NCBI GenBank assembly: GCA_030867685.1
Contig: JAQOWU010000008.1
Coordinates: 2,356,001 to 2,420,000 of the forward strand
Reading direction: 5' to 3'
DNA from: Wickerhamiella versatilis
Taxonomy: Eukaryota
DNA: 64,000 nt
The notes beneath the pieces are model-generated. The model saw only the letters and a program-made list of their open reading frames with translations, ran no database searches and was not told the DNA's origin. Positions 21,044 through 31,046 of the stretch are shown piece after piece (within the stretch, counting starts at the first letter, position 1; each line of letters opens with the position of its first letter). Made by a program: the position numbers and the translations under genes.

Positions 21044-24000
21044 ATGGTGTTATTCAAGCGGAAGACGGTAGTGCCGCCTCCACCGCCATATACACCTCGG
21101 GATACAACCCAGCATGTTTGGGTGATCCCGCAGACTCAAGAATATTTTACAAGCTATGATGCATACCTCGAGCGATTCGATTTCTATAGCCAGCGGAAGT
21201 TCATTTGCGAGCTCACTGGATCTTCGTGTCATGACTTTTTTCAGGCTTTGGAAAAAGAAAATCGTGAAATTAAAAATTTGAGCCAGCTTTTTCCTGAACA
21301 GCTTAAGGAACCTATCCTGCAACAGGTTCAATTTAACACAAATTCCCGACTAGATCAGCTTGTCGATGACGTCTATTCTAACGTTTGCGATGTGTACTGG
21401 CCTGGAGAGGTTGTTGTTGCCAAATTTGCTGATCAGAAACTTAAGTCACGTATAACGGAGAAAGTAACATATGCCGATGGCACGGTCAGATATGCAGCCC
21501 AGGCCGTTGACCACCCCAAGAATGCGCCCATCCAGCTTTCGCCCTTTGACCTAACGCGTGATAAGCGTTTGTTCTCTAAGTTCACCTTACGGGCCTTTAT
21601 CAAGCATACCGCCCACAGGGATTCGAGGACTGGTGCTCCTTGGGTTGTCAAAAAGGAGTTTGTCGAACGGTATGGCTTGCCATCAGAAATGCCTAGTGAG
21701 CTAAAGAAGCTGTCTAAGACGCAGCCAAAAACTTCGGATTCCCACCCAGCAAAGAGCAGATCATATTCGCAGGCACCTGGTGAAGGCGAAGCTACGCCAC
21801 GAAGGCATCGTAAAGGGGGGACTCAAAATGGTACCGGTAAGAATACATTGCAGCGCCGCGAGGATGACATTGTAGAACTGATGAGGTTGCACAATGGTTC
21901 TCAACCGGGATGGCCTGGTTGGAATATACTTGACCTTCCAACTGGTCAGTTGAGCAAATTGCTGGAGATATGGCTATTCCTAAATTTTTACAATGAGCTA
22001 TTGTTCCTGAGTCCCTTGTCTTTTGATGCACTTGATCGAGCTATTCGTACAGATTCGCCCGGTAGTGTTCTAAATGAAGTTCATTCTGCACTGCTGGCCC
22101 AGATTGTGGACGATGAAGACAATGAAATGCTAATTGACTGGCCACAGCATGCCGAGGAGGAACCAAGTGAGCCACCAGTAAAGAAGCGTAGGGGGCGTAA
22201 GTCTCGTCAGCAAATAGAACTCGCACAAAAACAACTTGAAGAAGAGAGAATACAGCAAGAAGAAAAGGAGCAGAATTCGTCAGATGATCCTTTTTCCTCC
22301 GTGGATTGGAAAGAGGATATCGTCGGTCCTCGTCATTTCTCTCGGGGTGGCTGGCAAATTGCTCTAGCATGTGTATTACATGAATTGAGTGACGCGCTTC
22401 CTGAATGGAAAGACGCGCTCTCTGGAATTGTTGAAGTTTTGGTACCTGAGGGTACTAAAAGGCTTAACAAGAGGTCGTTAAGCAAGAACTACACAATGTT
22501 GAATTATGATCAACGAGTGGAAGCCCTAGTAACATTATGTCGCACGCTTTATCCAAGCCCTGCAGTCAGAAATTACATAGAGCAAAAAGGTGAAGAACTT
22601 GCAAAGTGGCGAAAAGACAGACAAGAGAATCAGAAAGAGCTTAAGGCTCTTACTGACCGCAAGCGGCAGATGAACCAGAGTGAAGATACATCTGAAGCGG
22701 ATCTTCGTGATATTCAGCAGGAGATCGATAAGTGTATGGAAAATGGAGATAAATTCCGTGAAAGTGTAGTGAGAAGTGATTGCTACCGTATGCAGATTTT
22801 AGGAAAGGATCGCTTCTGGAATAGGTATTGGTGGATGGAAGCATCTGGTGTTGACCAAGATGCGAAAGGGCTCATGGGTAGGTTGTGGGTTCAGGGACCT
22901 TGTCAAGAGGATTTAGAGAAATATTTGGCATCTGAGAAATATGCCCAAGAACTTGTAGAAGGACTAAAGAGGCGCACCATTGAAATTGCAAGCAATGGCA
23001 CTGCGAAACAAAAGCACAAGCAAGTAAAGCAGATCAGCCAACATCGTAAGTCCCAAGCCGACAAGGTCTTACGGGATAGAAAGGAATCTCGTCAGCGTAA
23101 TCAGGTGGAAGCGAGGCGCAAAAGCCTGGAGCTTCAAGATGATCACCAAGCAGAAAGAAGTAAGCTCTACAACAAAGAGAAACAACAAGATCATCCAATC
23201 GAGGAACAAAAGATGGCCGAGAGTGTGGTGTCAACTCCACAGCAAATAAGTCAATACCAGCCTCAACATCAGCATCATCCTCAACCTCAGGCTCAAGTTC
23301 AACCTCAACCCCAAGTCCAGCCCCAAGCCCAACCCCAGGTTCAACCCCAAGTTCAACCTCAAGTGCAACATCAAGGCAACCAAACTCCTCAACCTCAATC
23401 ACTTCCACAACTTCAACCGCAGCTTCAGCCACAACCACAGCAGGAGGTTCCAGGTGGCCAACAGACACCATATGGTGTTGTATTTTACGCCATGCCTGGA
23501 CAGGTACTTCCTCAGGCCATGCAGTTTCCGCACATGCCCCCAAACATGCAATTTCAAATGCATCCTCAGGGAATGATCCAAGGTATGCAAATGTATCCTG
23601 TTCAGCAACTCCCTCAGATGCAAATGATCCAGGGTGGCATGTATCAGCAATATTACAACTACCCTCAGCCTTACATGGCACCACAGCCTCAGATGGTTCA
23701 GTACCCTTACTATTCCATGCCGCAGGTTCAGTCTCAGCCCGCTCAACTTGCTCAACCTGCTCAACCTGCTCAACCTACGCAAACCGTCCCGCCCTCTAAT
23801 CTTCCCCAAGCCAACCAGGCCGAACGAAGGGTGAATCAAAATCCACCACCTGGTTTTGATCCTTCTAATGGAAATATTACCCCAGTGAGTGCTGGCCCGA
23901 GGATTCAAGAGGTTCAAGAACTGGAAAAGCCTAGGGTTGATGTATCTACCGACGAAACAGTAAAGAATGGAAATGCAAATGACCATGAAGGTCAATCTTC

Positions 24001-24529
24001 TGTGGTAGATCACGGTGAACAAGATAACAAACGAGACATTAACAAAAACGAGGAACGAAGTGAATCGTTGAGTACGTCACGGGATCCATCTCCCACTACG
24101 GCAGATGACTCGACAGCTGAAGCCACACCAGTTCCCGCTGATGATACGATAAGCCATGGCGCAAACCTCAAGCAGGAAAGAGAGGATACTGAAGATCAGA
24201 CCGAGCCTGAGGAATTGACTGCAATGACTACAGTGTCTGTAATAGAGCCTCTGAAGCTGAGACAAGCTACCGAGGGTGACCTTATACTCAAGGACTCGAA
24301 TGATTGGGGGTTCATCGATACATTTGAATCAGTGGTAGCACTTCAAAGATACTTGCTGCAGCATGGGTCTCGCGAAGGACGGCTCTCTGAGGAAATTTCC
24401 AAGCTATTGCCCGGGATTCAGGAAAGCATTGAAAAACGCCAGGCAAGAATAGAAAGCGGAGACCAGTTTCGATGGACGAACGAACTAGCCAGGGAAAAGA
24501 TGGGAAATGTCTTCTGCCCTGATATATGA
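21044..24529 (+). CDS. ITC1: ISW2 chromatin-remodelling complex subunit Itc1 (WAC-DDT-WHIM)
   Basis: MVLFKRK start, WAC domain (VWVIPQTQEYF...Y), GAPWVVK, DDT (LLEIWLFLNFY), LGKDRFWNRYWW, RLWVQGP. Confidence 0.9.
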   Translation: MVLFKRKTVVPPPPPYTPRDTTQHVWVIPQTQEYFTSYDAYLERFDFYSQRKFICELTGSSCHDFFQALEKENREIKNLSQLFPEQLKEPILQQVQFNTNSRLDQLVDDVYSNVCDVYWPGEVVVAKFADQKLKSRITEKVTYADGTVRYAAQAVDHPKNAPIQLSPFDLTRDKRLFSKFTLRAFIKHTAHRDSRTGAPWVVKKEFVERYGLPSEMPSELKKLSKTQPKTSDSHPAKSRSYSQAPGEGEATPRRHRKGGTQNGTGKNTLQRREDDIVELMRLHNGSQPGWPGWNILDLPTGQLSKLLEIWLFLNFYNELLFLSPLSFDALDRAIRTDSPGSVLNEVHSALLAQIVDDEDNEMLIDWPQHAEEEPSEPPVKKRRGRKSRQQIELAQKQLEEERIQQEEKEQNSSDDPFSSVDWKEDIVGPRHFSRGGWQIALACVLHELSDALPEWKDALSGIVEVLVPEGTKRLNKRSLSKNYTMLNYDQRVEALVTLCRTLYPSPAVRNYIEQKGEELAKWRKDRQENQKELKALTDRKRQMNQSEDTSEADLRDIQQEIDKCMENGDKFRESVVRSDCYRMQILGKDRFWNRYWWMEASGVDQDAKGLMGRLWVQGPCQEDLEKYLASEKYAQELVEGLKRRTIEIASNGTAKQKHKQVKQISQHRKSQADKVLRDRKESRQRNQVEARRKSLELQDDHQAERSKLYNKEKQQDHPIEEQKMAESVVSTPQQISQYQPQHQHHPQPQAQVQPQPQVQPQAQPQVQPQVQPQVQHQGNQTPQPQSLPQLQPQLQPQPQQEVPGGQQTPYGVVFYAMPGQVLPQAMQFPHMPPNMQFQMHPQGMIQGMQMYPVQQLPQMQMIQGGMYQQYYNYPQPYMAPQPQMVQYPYYSMPQVQSQPAQLAQPAQPAQPTQTVPPSNLPQANQAERRVNQNPPPGFDPSNGNITPVSAGPRIQEVQELEKPRVDVSTDETVKNGNANDHEGQSSVVDHGEQDNKRDINKNEERSESLSTSRDPSPTTADDSTAEATPVPADDTISHGANLKQEREDTEDQTEPEELTAMTTVSVIEPLKLRQATEGDLILKDSNDWGFIDTFESVVALQRYLLQHGSREGRLSEEISKLLPGIQESIEKRQARIESGDQFRWTNELAREKMGNVFCPDI
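23230..23800 (+). repeat. PQVQ/PQ and PAQ low-complexity coding repeats inside ITC1
   Basis: Degenerate 12-nt (PQVQ) units and 9-nt GCTCAACCT units are visible in the DNA. Confidence 0.8.
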
Positions 24530-24765
24530 TATTAGAGACTCTTTTATTATCCGCATTACTCACAAACATTGTTTAACTATATGATAGCCACGAAACTACA
24601 GGAATTTAAGCCAACTCTTTTGCATTACTATAAAACTATAACTTATAAACTCTCACAATTCCTGAATAAAACAGGAGTTCCTAATGCAAAAATCGGAAGG
24701 AGACACTTATTTACTGTTTGACCCAGGGTTCAGATTTAGTTGAGAAAAACCAAAAGCGAATGAAT

Positions 24766-25293
24766 TTAACCCCCTTTCACAGGTTCTCCCGTGCTCTCTT
24801 CGGTTTCTTCACCACAGCCACAGTCGTAAGTGTCACCAATGTAGGCACAATCGAATATTTCCTTGCCAAGACGCCGATTGACCTTGTTATGAGCCTCACA
24901 GCCCCACATAGTTGCGGTCTTCCTGGACGAAAGCTGAGGCTTGTAGTCCTTCAACAACTGCTGGAAGTGTTCTGCACACTCGCGGCAAGGATAAACGCGG
25001 CTCAGGAGATGAAGAAACGTTTCCAAGGTTTCTCTATCTTCCGCTGTAGGTTCCTCTGGATACTGCGCAAGGGTAGTGTGGATCAATCGCCAACCAGCCT
25101 GACCCACTTCCGCTCGACGGGTCTGATTCGGCATTTTGGCCATAATTGGCTTGCCATATGCAATATCAGACTTCAGTGGACTAAACCGTGATGCCCCGAG
25201 GCTTGTTCCCTCAGGAGTTGACATAAAGTATAGCAGGCCAGCAATACTCAACAGAAGCGTCAATAGCCCAAGTGTAGGTCCTCGTCTCGCCAT
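24766..25293 (-). CDS. ERV2: ER FAD-linked sulfhydryl oxidase Erv2
   Basis: N-terminal signal anchor, YPCRECAEHF, HNKVNRRL, C-terminal YDCGC. Confidence 0.95.
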   Translation of the reverse strand: MARRGPTLGLLTLLLSIAGLLYFMSTPEGTSLGASRFSPLKSDIAYGKPIMAKMPNQTRRAEVGQAGWRLIHTTLAQYPEEPTAEDRETLETFLHLLSRVYPCRECAEHFQQLLKDYKPQLSSRKTATMWGCEAHNKVNRRLGKEIFDCAYIGDTYDCGCGEETEESTGEPVKGG

Positions 25294-25576
25294 CGCTAAG
25301 CACGCGAGTTGAGACGCGCTCCCAATAAATGTATATTATTACGTCACCACATGTGCTGCCCTCCGGCAGGCCGATGTATATGCCTCCCTGGACACCTTAG
25401 CATAATATCATATACTAGGATTCCAAAATTCGTAGAAGTGAATTCGATATGATTTTTTTCATCTGTTAGACTTAAAAGAAGACTACACAAATAAGCCGTA
25501 AAAGCACCGGTCACTAAGCATGCTAATTTTATATCTTCTTCACCATTCCTGCTGGAATAAAATTATCATAGTATTA

Positions 25577-27049
25577 TCAAAGCTCGTATCTGACATAAAG
25601 CTCATCTATAAAATGGATATGCTTGATCCCTGGACTTCTTGATCTGGCAAAAGCGTCAATAGCATCCTTGACCGAAAATCCATGCTTCTCAATTAGATAC
25701 GACGCAATGAAGAACCCAGTACGATTAAATCCATAATGGCAGTGAACTGCGATAGATTTGCCTTTTTCACGGGGTAAATTACTCACAAGTTCTATAAACC
25801 CTTGAACTTCCGCCCTTGATGGGGGGATTTTTGACACTGTAGCATACTTGTGGTATTTTATTCGACTGAAAGTCGATTCTTCATACGGTGGTTGTTCACG
25901 AGAGATATCTACAACTGCTGTTATATCAGGATAGTCACGTTCCAGAGTTGTGGGACTATGTGTTGTATCATCCTGCTTCATGGTTTTCATTCCTCGTAAC
26001 CCAGCTGGTTCAATTATGTCTCCAACTGGGTCCGTGGCCCGCCATTTCTTCTCATTCTTTAAATTATGCTTATCGGAAGCGAGATATGACAGCTGCCAAG
26101 CGGACGACAGTCTTTCATCAATATGATTTCTTATGAAATCACCAATTAGACCGTTTACAACTTCGGGTCGCTCCAAGCAGATCGCATGACCTGCAAGGCT
26201 GACTTCTGTGAAAACAACAGGTTGTGCGAATTTTAGCCGCTCCTCAAGCTCTCGCCCCTGAGAAGGAGGAGTAATTTGATCGTCTCGAGCAACTATTATT
26301 TGGATCGGGCACGAGCAACTCTCAATCTCTGTCTGGCTCAGAGGCCGCATTTGCGAGACAGTACCAAGGAAAGTCCGTGTACGACTCTGAAGGTTGTATG
26401 CCAACTGCCTCCGTAAAACGGTTTTGGAACTTGTATTTGGAGAAACCATTCGCCGCACACTGGGTGACTCTGTACCGCCACGCTTATCCGGCCATCTTAC
26501 GACATAGTCAAAAAACATGCCAGGCATCCAGTAAAGTATCGTCTGTAAAGACTTCGATATCTTGGAAGCTGGTGGCGTAATCAAAACGCAGCCAACGCAG
26601 TGCGAACCAAGAAGTTTGGACAACCGTAGAGCATGAATGCAGCCCAGGGAATGCCCAATAAGCACGTATTTATTATCTTTTCGAGGACAGAAGTGCTCAA
26701 TTGCCTGGGTAACATAGTTAACAAGAGATTCTGGCGAATATGAGGAGGAATCGTGCGCATCCTCTGACTTGCCGCTGCCAGGTAAATCAATTGCCAATAC
26801 TGTAGAAAAATGTGCCAAAAAATCAATCACTGCATCAAACTGTGTTAACTGACCGCCAAGGCCATGTATTACAACGGCTATAGGTAATTTAGGGAGACTC
26901 TGTATTTGATGATGAGGAATAAAGACTGTCCGCATCTGCGTTACCCTTCCCTTAGAGTCCTGAACTCTTACAAATTCACTATGACGTTGTATCAGTGTAG
27001 AGTCAACATTTTCATCTAAAATAGTTTGTTCTTCAGTGTTGTACCACAT
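25577..27049 (-). CDS. Alpha/beta hydrolase fused to a Cys-based (DUSP11/PIR1-like) phosphatase
   Basis: HGLGG oxyanion loop, GHSLG nucleophile, DQITP and AGH triad residues. C-terminal VHCHYGFNRTG P-loop. Confidence 0.85.
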   Translation of the reverse strand: MWYNTEEQTILDENVDSTLIQRHSEFVRVQDSKGRVTQMRTVFIPHHQIQSLPKLPIAVVIHGLGGQLTQFDAVIDFLAHFSTVLAIDLPGSGKSEDAHDSSSYSPESLVNYVTQAIEHFCPRKDNKYVLIGHSLGCIHALRLSKLLGSHCVGCVLITPPASKISKSLQTILYWMPGMFFDYVVRWPDKRGGTESPSVRRMVSPNTSSKTVLRRQLAYNLQSRTRTFLGTVSQMRPLSQTEIESCSCPIQIIVARDDQITPPSQGRELEERLKFAQPVVFTEVSLAGHAICLERPEVVNGLIGDFIRNHIDERLSSAWQLSYLASDKHNLKNEKKWRATDPVGDIIEPAGLRGMKTMKQDDTTHSPTTLERDYPDITAVVDISREQPPYEESTFSRIKYHKYATVSKIPPSRAEVQGFIELVSNLPREKGKSIAVHCHYGFNRTGFFIASYLIEKHGFSVKDAIDAFARSRSPGIKHIHFIDELYVRYEL

Positions 27050-27456
27050 TCTCAGTGTCGAAGGGCAGTCGCCCCTAAGTAGCTAGCGGGAACACTTGAG
27101 TGAGTCAGCACTAACTACCTACAACTCTAATACCACATCACTCCACACAGATAGTAAGTTTTAAATAAGGCTGTGTGTTATTCTTTCGCCATTATGTCTA
27201 TTGAATCTGTCTATATGTTTACAGCTCTTCAAAAATTCATAGATCGTCTAATCACTGATATAGCATTTTTTAACAAACCATTGATAATGATTCGGATAAA
27301 TATTCTCTTCTGTTCCCCACCTGGATCTTGATTGTTAGGCAGGATTGGTTGGACAATGCAAGATAGCCCACTGCCTGATGGTCCTTTCTTTCTTTCTTTC
27401 ACATGCGTGCCTTTTCGTGATCTGCATTAGTAATTTTAAATCGTGTACAGAAGTCT

Positions 27457-27463
27457 TGACTCA
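27457..27463. promoter_or_regulatory. Gcn4/AP-1 site (TGACTCA) 24 nt upstream of MET13
   Basis: Exact consensus match upstream of an amino-acid biosynthesis gene. Confidence 0.5.
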
Positions 27464-27487
27464 TCCCGTTAAGACAATAATAATAGA

Positions 27488-29239
27488 ATGAAAGTCTCGG
27501 CCAAACTAGAGGCTAAACAGCCTGGTGACACGAGCGTTTCATTTGAATATTTTTGTCCTAAGACGAGTCAAGGTGTGCAGAATCTATATGATCGCATGGA
27601 CCGTATGAACCGTCTTAACCCTTCGTTCATAGATATTACCTGGAATGCTGGTGGGGCTGCATCTGCTGGAGTAACAGAGGAACTTGTGGCTACAGCTCAG
27701 AATACCATTGGAATAGATACATGTATGCATTTGACGTGCTCTGGTATGTCCAGGCAGGTAATTGATGCAGCATTGAAAAATGCGTGGGATTCTGGTTGTC
27801 GTACTATTCTGGCCCTAAGAGGTGATCCTCCTCGGGTTGGACCAGATCAGACTCCTCCTCCGACTGACTTCCACTATGCCAAGGATTTAATCGCTTATAT
27901 TCGAGAGAAATATGGGGGTGGGTTTGATATTGGTGTGGCCGCTTATCCTGAGGGTCATCCCGAGGAATCTGACGTTCAGAAACTTATAGGATTCCTGAAA
28001 GAAAAAGTTGACTATGGTGCAACATTTGTTATTACCCAAATGTGCTACGATGCAGATTTGTTTGTTAACTGGGTGGCAGATTGCCGTGCTGCGGGAATTA
28101 ATGTCCCTATAATACCGGGAATCATGCCGATATCTGGCTGGGCAAGCTTTTGGAGACGGGCCAAGTGGTGCCAGGTAAACGTACCTGCTAAGTTCAAGGA
28201 AGAGCTGGAGCCTTACTGCAACGATGATGCTGCAGTCAGGGAGATAGGCACCAGTCTCGTTGCAGAGTTCTGTCGTAAAATGATAGATAATGGAATAACC
28301 CATTTACACTTCTACACAATGAACCTAGAGAAGTCTACGGCCATGATTTTGGAAAGACTTGGTCTTCTTAAGGAGATTCCTCGCTTCAGAAACGAGCCGC
28401 TACCTTGGACTTCTTCCGAATTACCAGAGCGGTTTGCTGAAAATGTGAGGCCGATTTTCTGGTCAAATCGTAAGCAGAGCTATATAGACCGTACCTCAGA
28501 CTGGGACGAGTTTCCCAATGGCCGGTGGGGTGACAGTCGATCACCAGCCTTCGGGGAACTTGAAAGATACGGCGAAGTTTTGTACTTGAACAGCGAAAAT
28601 GCAACAAAGATCTGGGGCTCCCCGAAGAATGCTGATGACTTGGCGCAGCTAATAATAGGCTATATCAAGGGGGAAGTTACAAGTCTCCCCTGGTCAGATG
28701 AGCCGGTTGCTCCAGAAATTAGAGCCATACGTGATGAATTGGTAAACCTAAATTCACATGGTTATCTTACAATTAATTCACAGCCTGCAGTCAACGGCGC
28801 ACGTTCTACCCATCCTTGGCATGGGTGGGGACCAGCAAATGGTTATGTATATCAAAAAGCATATTTGGAGTTGCTTATTCCACCAGAGAAATGGGAAGTG
28901 TTGAAACCTGTTTTGGAAAAAAACGATCGTGTAACATATCATGCTATAAAAGCTTCTTCCGGTGAACTTTTTACAAACGCCCAAGAAGGAGATGTTAATG
29001 CTGTCACATGGGGAATATTCCCTGGAAAAGAGGTTGTCCAACCCACTATTGTAGAGCTTGCGTCCTTTTTGGCATGGAAAGACGAAGCTTTTAGACTTGC
29101 AGATGAGTGGTCAAAGTGTTACTCTAAAATGTCACCCACCTATGACTTTTTGAAGAGTGTAGCGGAAGACTGGTATCTTGTTAACATCGTGTATCATGAT
29201 TACTTGGATAGGAACGGAGTCTTCCGTATTTTCCCGTAA
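27488..29239 (+). CDS. MET13: Methylenetetrahydrofolate reductase
   Basis: SFEYFCPKTSQGVQNLYDRMDRM, ALRGDPP, WDEFPNGRWGDSRSPAFG. The N-terminus matches Met13 better than Met12. Confidence 0.93.
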   Translation: MKVSAKLEAKQPGDTSVSFEYFCPKTSQGVQNLYDRMDRMNRLNPSFIDITWNAGGAASAGVTEELVATAQNTIGIDTCMHLTCSGMSRQVIDAALKNAWDSGCRTILALRGDPPRVGPDQTPPPTDFHYAKDLIAYIREKYGGGFDIGVAAYPEGHPEESDVQKLIGFLKEKVDYGATFVITQMCYDADLFVNWVADCRAAGINVPIIPGIMPISGWASFWRRAKWCQVNVPAKFKEELEPYCNDDAAVREIGTSLVAEFCRKMIDNGITHLHFYTMNLEKSTAMILERLGLLKEIPRFRNEPLPWTSSELPERFAENVRPIFWSNRKQSYIDRTSDWDEFPNGRWGDSRSPAFGELERYGEVLYLNSENATKIWGSPKNADDLAQLIIGYIKGEVTSLPWSDEPVAPEIRAIRDELVNLNSHGYLTINSQPAVNGARSTHPWHGWGPANGYVYQKAYLELLIPPEKWEVLKPVLEKNDRVTYHAIKASSGELFTNAQEGDVNAVTWGIFPGKEVVQPTIVELASFLAWKDEAFRLADEWSKCYSKMSPTYDFLKSVAEDWYLVNIVYHDYLDRNGVFRIFP

Positions 29240-29446
29240 TCTTCTGACCACTGTGCTGCTGTAAAAATACTTATTCAACAGATTAAGGCCGTTTCAACAG
29301 CGATCTATTTATTGCAATATTTAAGAAGCAATTATAATTAGAGTTTTTCTAATATTCTAACAAAAATAAATACTTTCGATAGCAGCTGACAGGTGATCCC
29401 TGCAAAATGGTTGTCACTGCACCTTAACCAAGCGCAACGAGAGCTA

Positions 29447-29851
29447 CTAGACACTGTTTCCATTATTATCAGAAGTCCACAATTTTTTTGACAGATCGGC
29501 AATACTCTGTACAGGAGTAGCCAAAGCTTCAAGACCAGCCAGTGCGCTTTGCCCGTTCAAGTATTCAAGCGTGTTTGCTGCTTGGATAAGCTTCTTATAA
29601 TTATTGTTAACGAGTTCTCTTTGACTACTTTCGAGGGCAGCCTTTTCTTGTGAAATTGCTTCCTCCGTCGCTAGCAATTCAGCCAGCCCTGCTGTAGACA
29701 GTAGGTTCTTCGCATACTCATGAGGTAAAGTCCCGGGGAGATCTAGGTCGTCCGCATGATCTTCAATAGTACTGTCAACCTCTTCAGGTTCTGCATCCAC
29801 CTCATCTGGCTTCAACTTGTAGAAATCGCGCAATTTACTGCGAGCCGACAT
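29447..29851 (-). CDS. VPS51: GARP complex subunit Vps51
   Basis: RSKLRDFYKL and RELVNNNYKKLIQA motifs. Confidence 0.85.
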   Translation of the reverse strand: MSARSKLRDFYKLKPDEVDAEPEEVDSTIEDHADDLDLPGTLPHEYAKNLLSTAGLAELLATEEAISQEKAALESSQRELVNNNYKKLIQAANTLEYLNGQSALAGLEALATPVQSIADLSKKLWTSDNNGNSV

Positions 29852-29876
29852 AGGAAGTATCTTATAGAATTGTGTG

Positions 29877-30569
29877 TCAGCAACTATCCGGTATGGTGTG
29901 TGGCATGGAATCTTCCTCGATCGGGTGAGGCAGTGACGCCAATTCGCGCAAACGTCTGGAAAATAGAGCTGTATCTTTCAGCCTTATAGAGCCAGCAGTC
30001 CACAGTCTCGGAGCAAGACGGTTAAAATGACCACCTTGTTGAACAAGGAAATTGTGACGTTTGTAGTGCAGACAAAGCTTATCCAGCTTTACTTCTAGGA
30101 GCCGTCTAGGGCGAAAACCGTGGTAGTATTCATATGCCTTGTTCGCAAGGGTGTGCTGTGGATGACTTACCATCCAGTGTCTTAGCATGATCTCCTCTAT
30201 GTTTGTAAAAGGCGTCCATACATTCCGCTCAATTGGCAAATGAGCAGGGATTTGCCTGATCTTAGAAAGTATAGAGGATTCTAAGCAGTCAAATACGGCT
30301 ACATCGTGCTCCGGATATCCTGTTGCAGTATGAATTCGGCGCTGGCCTCGTGATACGCGTTTCAGTCGAGAAAATATGGAGCGTTTACGCCACTTCTGGC
30401 CCCAGGCTTCAGCAATGATCTCTGCAACTATCATCAACGGAACTTCATGGCTTCGCAAAAATAAAACACGATCTATCTGTATTATTTCAGCTCTACTGAA
30501 AACTTTCTTTCTGAGATGCATTCTTTCATCCTGCGTGCCATGAGACGACGAGCTAGAGACATGTTCCAT
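29877..30569 (-). CDS. Hypothetical protein, possibly two Myb/SANT-like repeats
   Basis: Long ORF with ATG at 30569 (alternatively 30584) downstream of TATATAA. FSRAE... and FTNIEE... helical repeats. Confidence 0.55.
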   Translation of the reverse strand: MEHVSSSSSHGTQDERMHLRKKVFSRAEIIQIDRVLFLRSHEVPLMIVAEIIAEAWGQKWRKRSIFSRLKRVSRGQRRIHTATGYPEHDVAVFDCLESSILSKIRQIPAHLPIERNVWTPFTNIEEIMLRHWMVSHPQHTLANKAYEYYHGFRPRRLLEVKLDKLCLHYKRHNFLVQQGGHFNRLAPRLWTAGSIRLKDTALFSRRLRELASLPHPIEEDSMPHTIPDSC

Positions 30570-31046
30570 CACGCAGTGGATCATATAAATTGACCATAGC
30601 GTTATATAATCCACCGCTGTGTCACGTGCGGGGCCCTTCAACACCGACCCCAGATCAGGATGGGGAGTGACAGGTGGCGGCTATTTGGTTTAGGGTTAAT
30701 AGATAGTGAGAAAGTAAACGAGCAAGTATTTTAATATTTGTGTCTTCCAGTTTCCACTGTAAAGGATAACACTTTTAGATTAGGTTTTTTAATAAGAAAG
30801 TTGACCCTCCCTATTTCTGACTTCTGACTTTCTGATGCTAGTAACGAGTCGACAGTAAGGCATATGCGGGGTGTAGCCTCTACCTCCAAAATCTACATTA
30901 AAATTACCCTGTAAGTCACGCGCAAATCTAGTCAGTAACATACTGTGCATGTAACGAGTCCATCAAGGTTGATTTTTCCATCCAGCAAATGGTCGCAATT
31001 GTTTATAAGCCGGTCCGATCGGGGACGAAGAGGCACGTATCAGTGA

